From the IMG/VR virus record IMGVR_UViG_3300031566_000021: a stretch of 64,000 nucleotides of DNA; one strand, written 5' to 3'. Below, in pieces: positions 62,592 to 64,000 of this stretch (the first letter of the stretch is position 1; the number at the start of each line of letters is the position of its first letter). Made by a program: the position numbers and the translations under genes. A model generated the notes under the pieces. It was given only the letters and a program-made list of their open reading frames with translations. It was not told the origin of the DNA and made no database searches. The DNA comes from a virus.

Positions 62592-63090
62592 TAAGCGAAT
62601 GTACTACAGCGTTGGAGCTGATGAGCCGCGTCCTGTTGGTGTTGCTGTCCATCTTGATATGCTGCTTAGTGACGAGATCCTTGGGTTTACTGGCACTCGC
62701 GAGATCCCTACAGGAGAACAGGCTGCTAGGATGGTCGAGTTCATACCGATAGCTGCGGAGATACACCACGGATGCTGTGTAGGGGCCGATGAGGCTGCTC
62801 ATGCTATCGCTATGAACAATCAGGTGGCGATAGTTAAACATCCACCTACTGATAAGAGCCAGATGGCTCGTACCTGTACAGGCGGAGAAGAGCGTACTCC
62901 TCTACCTTACCTTGAACGCAACAAGAGGATAGTGTTCGAGTCTAGTCTACTGTTGGCAGTACCCAAGAGTGTGGTCGAAGAGCAGCGAGGATCAGGTACT
63001 TGGGCTACTATTCGATATGCAAGGGGGCTCTACCTACCCCACATCATCATTTACCCAGATGGGTCTTACGACCTAGTAGTCTATCAGTGA
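62581..63090 (+). CDS. SLOG superfamily (YspA/DprA-like) nucleotide-binding protein
   Basis: GFTGTR, HHGCCVGAD, YLERN..IV, SGTWATIRYA. Confidence 0.8.
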   Translation: MARDKRMYYSVGADEPRPVGVAVHLDMLLSDEILGFTGTREIPTGEQAARMVEFIPIAAEIHHGCCVGADEAAHAIAMNNQVAIVKHPPTDKSQMARTCTGGEERTPLPYLERNKRIVFESSLLLAVPKSVVEEQRGSGTWATIRYARGLYLPHIIIYPDGSYDLVVYQ

Positions 63091-63108
63091 CCTAGGAGGT
63101 CAAACGCC

Positions 63109-63450
63109 ATGCCATATTGTCTGAAAACCGGTGGGATTATTATCGATGAGAGTCATGCTTCTGCCATGGAGTGTGACCTCCATATCGAGGGGGACTGCCT
63201 CATCGCTATAACCTGTCCCTCTATGGATCGGCACACTCTCGCCGACGGGGATAAGGAGCGGATAACCGCTTTCATTCCGGTTGGTACGGACTTCTTCTAC
63301 AGACATCATACAGGGCCTTTCGGGGTGCTCGTGATAGAGCAGCGTAATGTACAGCTGACTCAGCTGATGTGGGAGCATATCATGAAACACTACTCCTGGG
63401 CACAGCTTCAGTTCTCCTTCGTAGCTGGGAGTCGTAATGGCCGACTCTAA
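63109..63450 (+). CDS. hypothetical protein
   Basis: AGGAGG RBS. Confidence 0.7.
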   Translation: MPYCLKTGGIIIDESHASAMECDLHIEGDCLIAITCPSMDRHTLADGDKERITAFIPVGTDFFYRHHTGPFGVLVIEQRNVQLTQLMWEHIMKHYSWAQLQFSFVAGSRNGRL

Positions 63451-64000
63451 ACCCTTTCGGCCGTTGTTGGCAGCTGAGACTCCTGTAGACCTTGAGGTTC
63501 TGGAGAAGCTCAAGCACTACCCATTGTTGTGCTCGACTAAGCTCGACGGTATTCGGGCTATCGTCAGGAATGGGGTTTTGGTCAGTCGAACGATGAAACC
63601 TATTCCATCACAGTTCGCCCAATACCACTTCGCGATGCCGGAGTTCGAGGGGTTCGATGGCGAGCTGCTGGTACCCGAGCAAACTGGTCGAACGATCTAC
63701 CACGATACCTATTCATCCGTGATGACCCATAAGTGTACGGACCCCTTGATCTTCAAGGTATTCGACCGGATGGAGCCTGGGAACTTTGATACACCCTACA
63801 TAAGCCGTCTTGAGGCCCTAAAGGAAATCCTGGAGTACAACGACGACTCCGAGTTTCCGGTAGAATTAGTCGAACAGATCATGGCCTACGACTTAGATGG
63901 CATACTACGTCTCGAGGAAGACGCCCTACGTAATGGGCACGAAGGTCTCATCATGCGTCGTCCTGATGCTCCTTACAAGCAGGGGCGTTCGACGTTGAAC
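63437..64000 (+). CDS. lig: ATP-dependent DNA ligase (truncated by window end; not in ORF track)
   Basis: ATG 63437, open to 64000: TKLDGIR (motif I), FDGEL (III), FKVFD (IIIa), EGLIMR (IV), YKQGRST. Confidence 0.92.
   Translation, partial: MADSKPFRPLLAAETPVDLEVLEKLKHYPLLCSTKLDGIRAIVRNGVLVSRTMKPIPSQFAQYHFAMPEFEGFDGELLVPEQTGRTIYHDTYSSVMTHKCTDPLIFKVFDRMEPGNFDTPYISRLEALKEILEYNDDSEFPVELVEQIMAYDLDGILRLEEDALRNGHEGLIMRRPDAPYKQGRSTLN

Noticed and set aside
1-64000. Temperate lifestyle genes, inteins, group I introns, alternative genetic code
   Set aside because: No integrase or CI-like repressor recognised; terL, polA and helicase are uninterrupted; TAG, TGA and TAA all end well-supported genes under the standard code. 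Genes outside the window cannot be excluded

Overview
The window is most of the genome of a dsDNA tailed phage with a siphovirus-type non-contractile tail and a GTA-like tail tip. The embedded Rz/Rz1 spanin pair indicates a Gram-negative host. No integrase, tRNA or CRISPR array was seen. Layout: (1) 11-4877, rightward small hypothetical ORFs; (2) 4933-9479, a leftward module of small genes with their own sigma70-type promoters and terminators, containing three paralogous HTH genes, a long inverted repeat, two interspersed motif arrays and a low-GC island, probably near the packaging end; (3) 9626-41736, packaging, head, neck and tail genes, with an ~11 kb insert (methyltransferase/Maf-like fusion plus a 2407-aa repeat fibre) between the two head-tail connector genes; (4) 41746-44568, lysis cassette with two endolysins; (5) 44669-64000, replication and recombination genes (primase-helicase, RuvC-like, HNH, SF2 helicase, exonuclease, Sak4-like ATPase, SSB, UDG-fused family A polymerase, ligase cut by the window edge). 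These are interleaved with a 7-deazaguanine DNA-modification pathway (queC, queD, folE, dpdA-like, queE) and DJ-1/PfpI and SLOG genes. The best leads are the deazaguanine cluster with a possible DJ-1 tailoring enzyme, a promoter class with an ACCATCA box exactly 8 nt upstream of -35, the HTH quartet with a synonymously recoded AT-rich copy, a candidate virion-glycosylation/fibre module, and a structured leader upstream of queC. All family calls are from motif recognition by eye; no database search was run.
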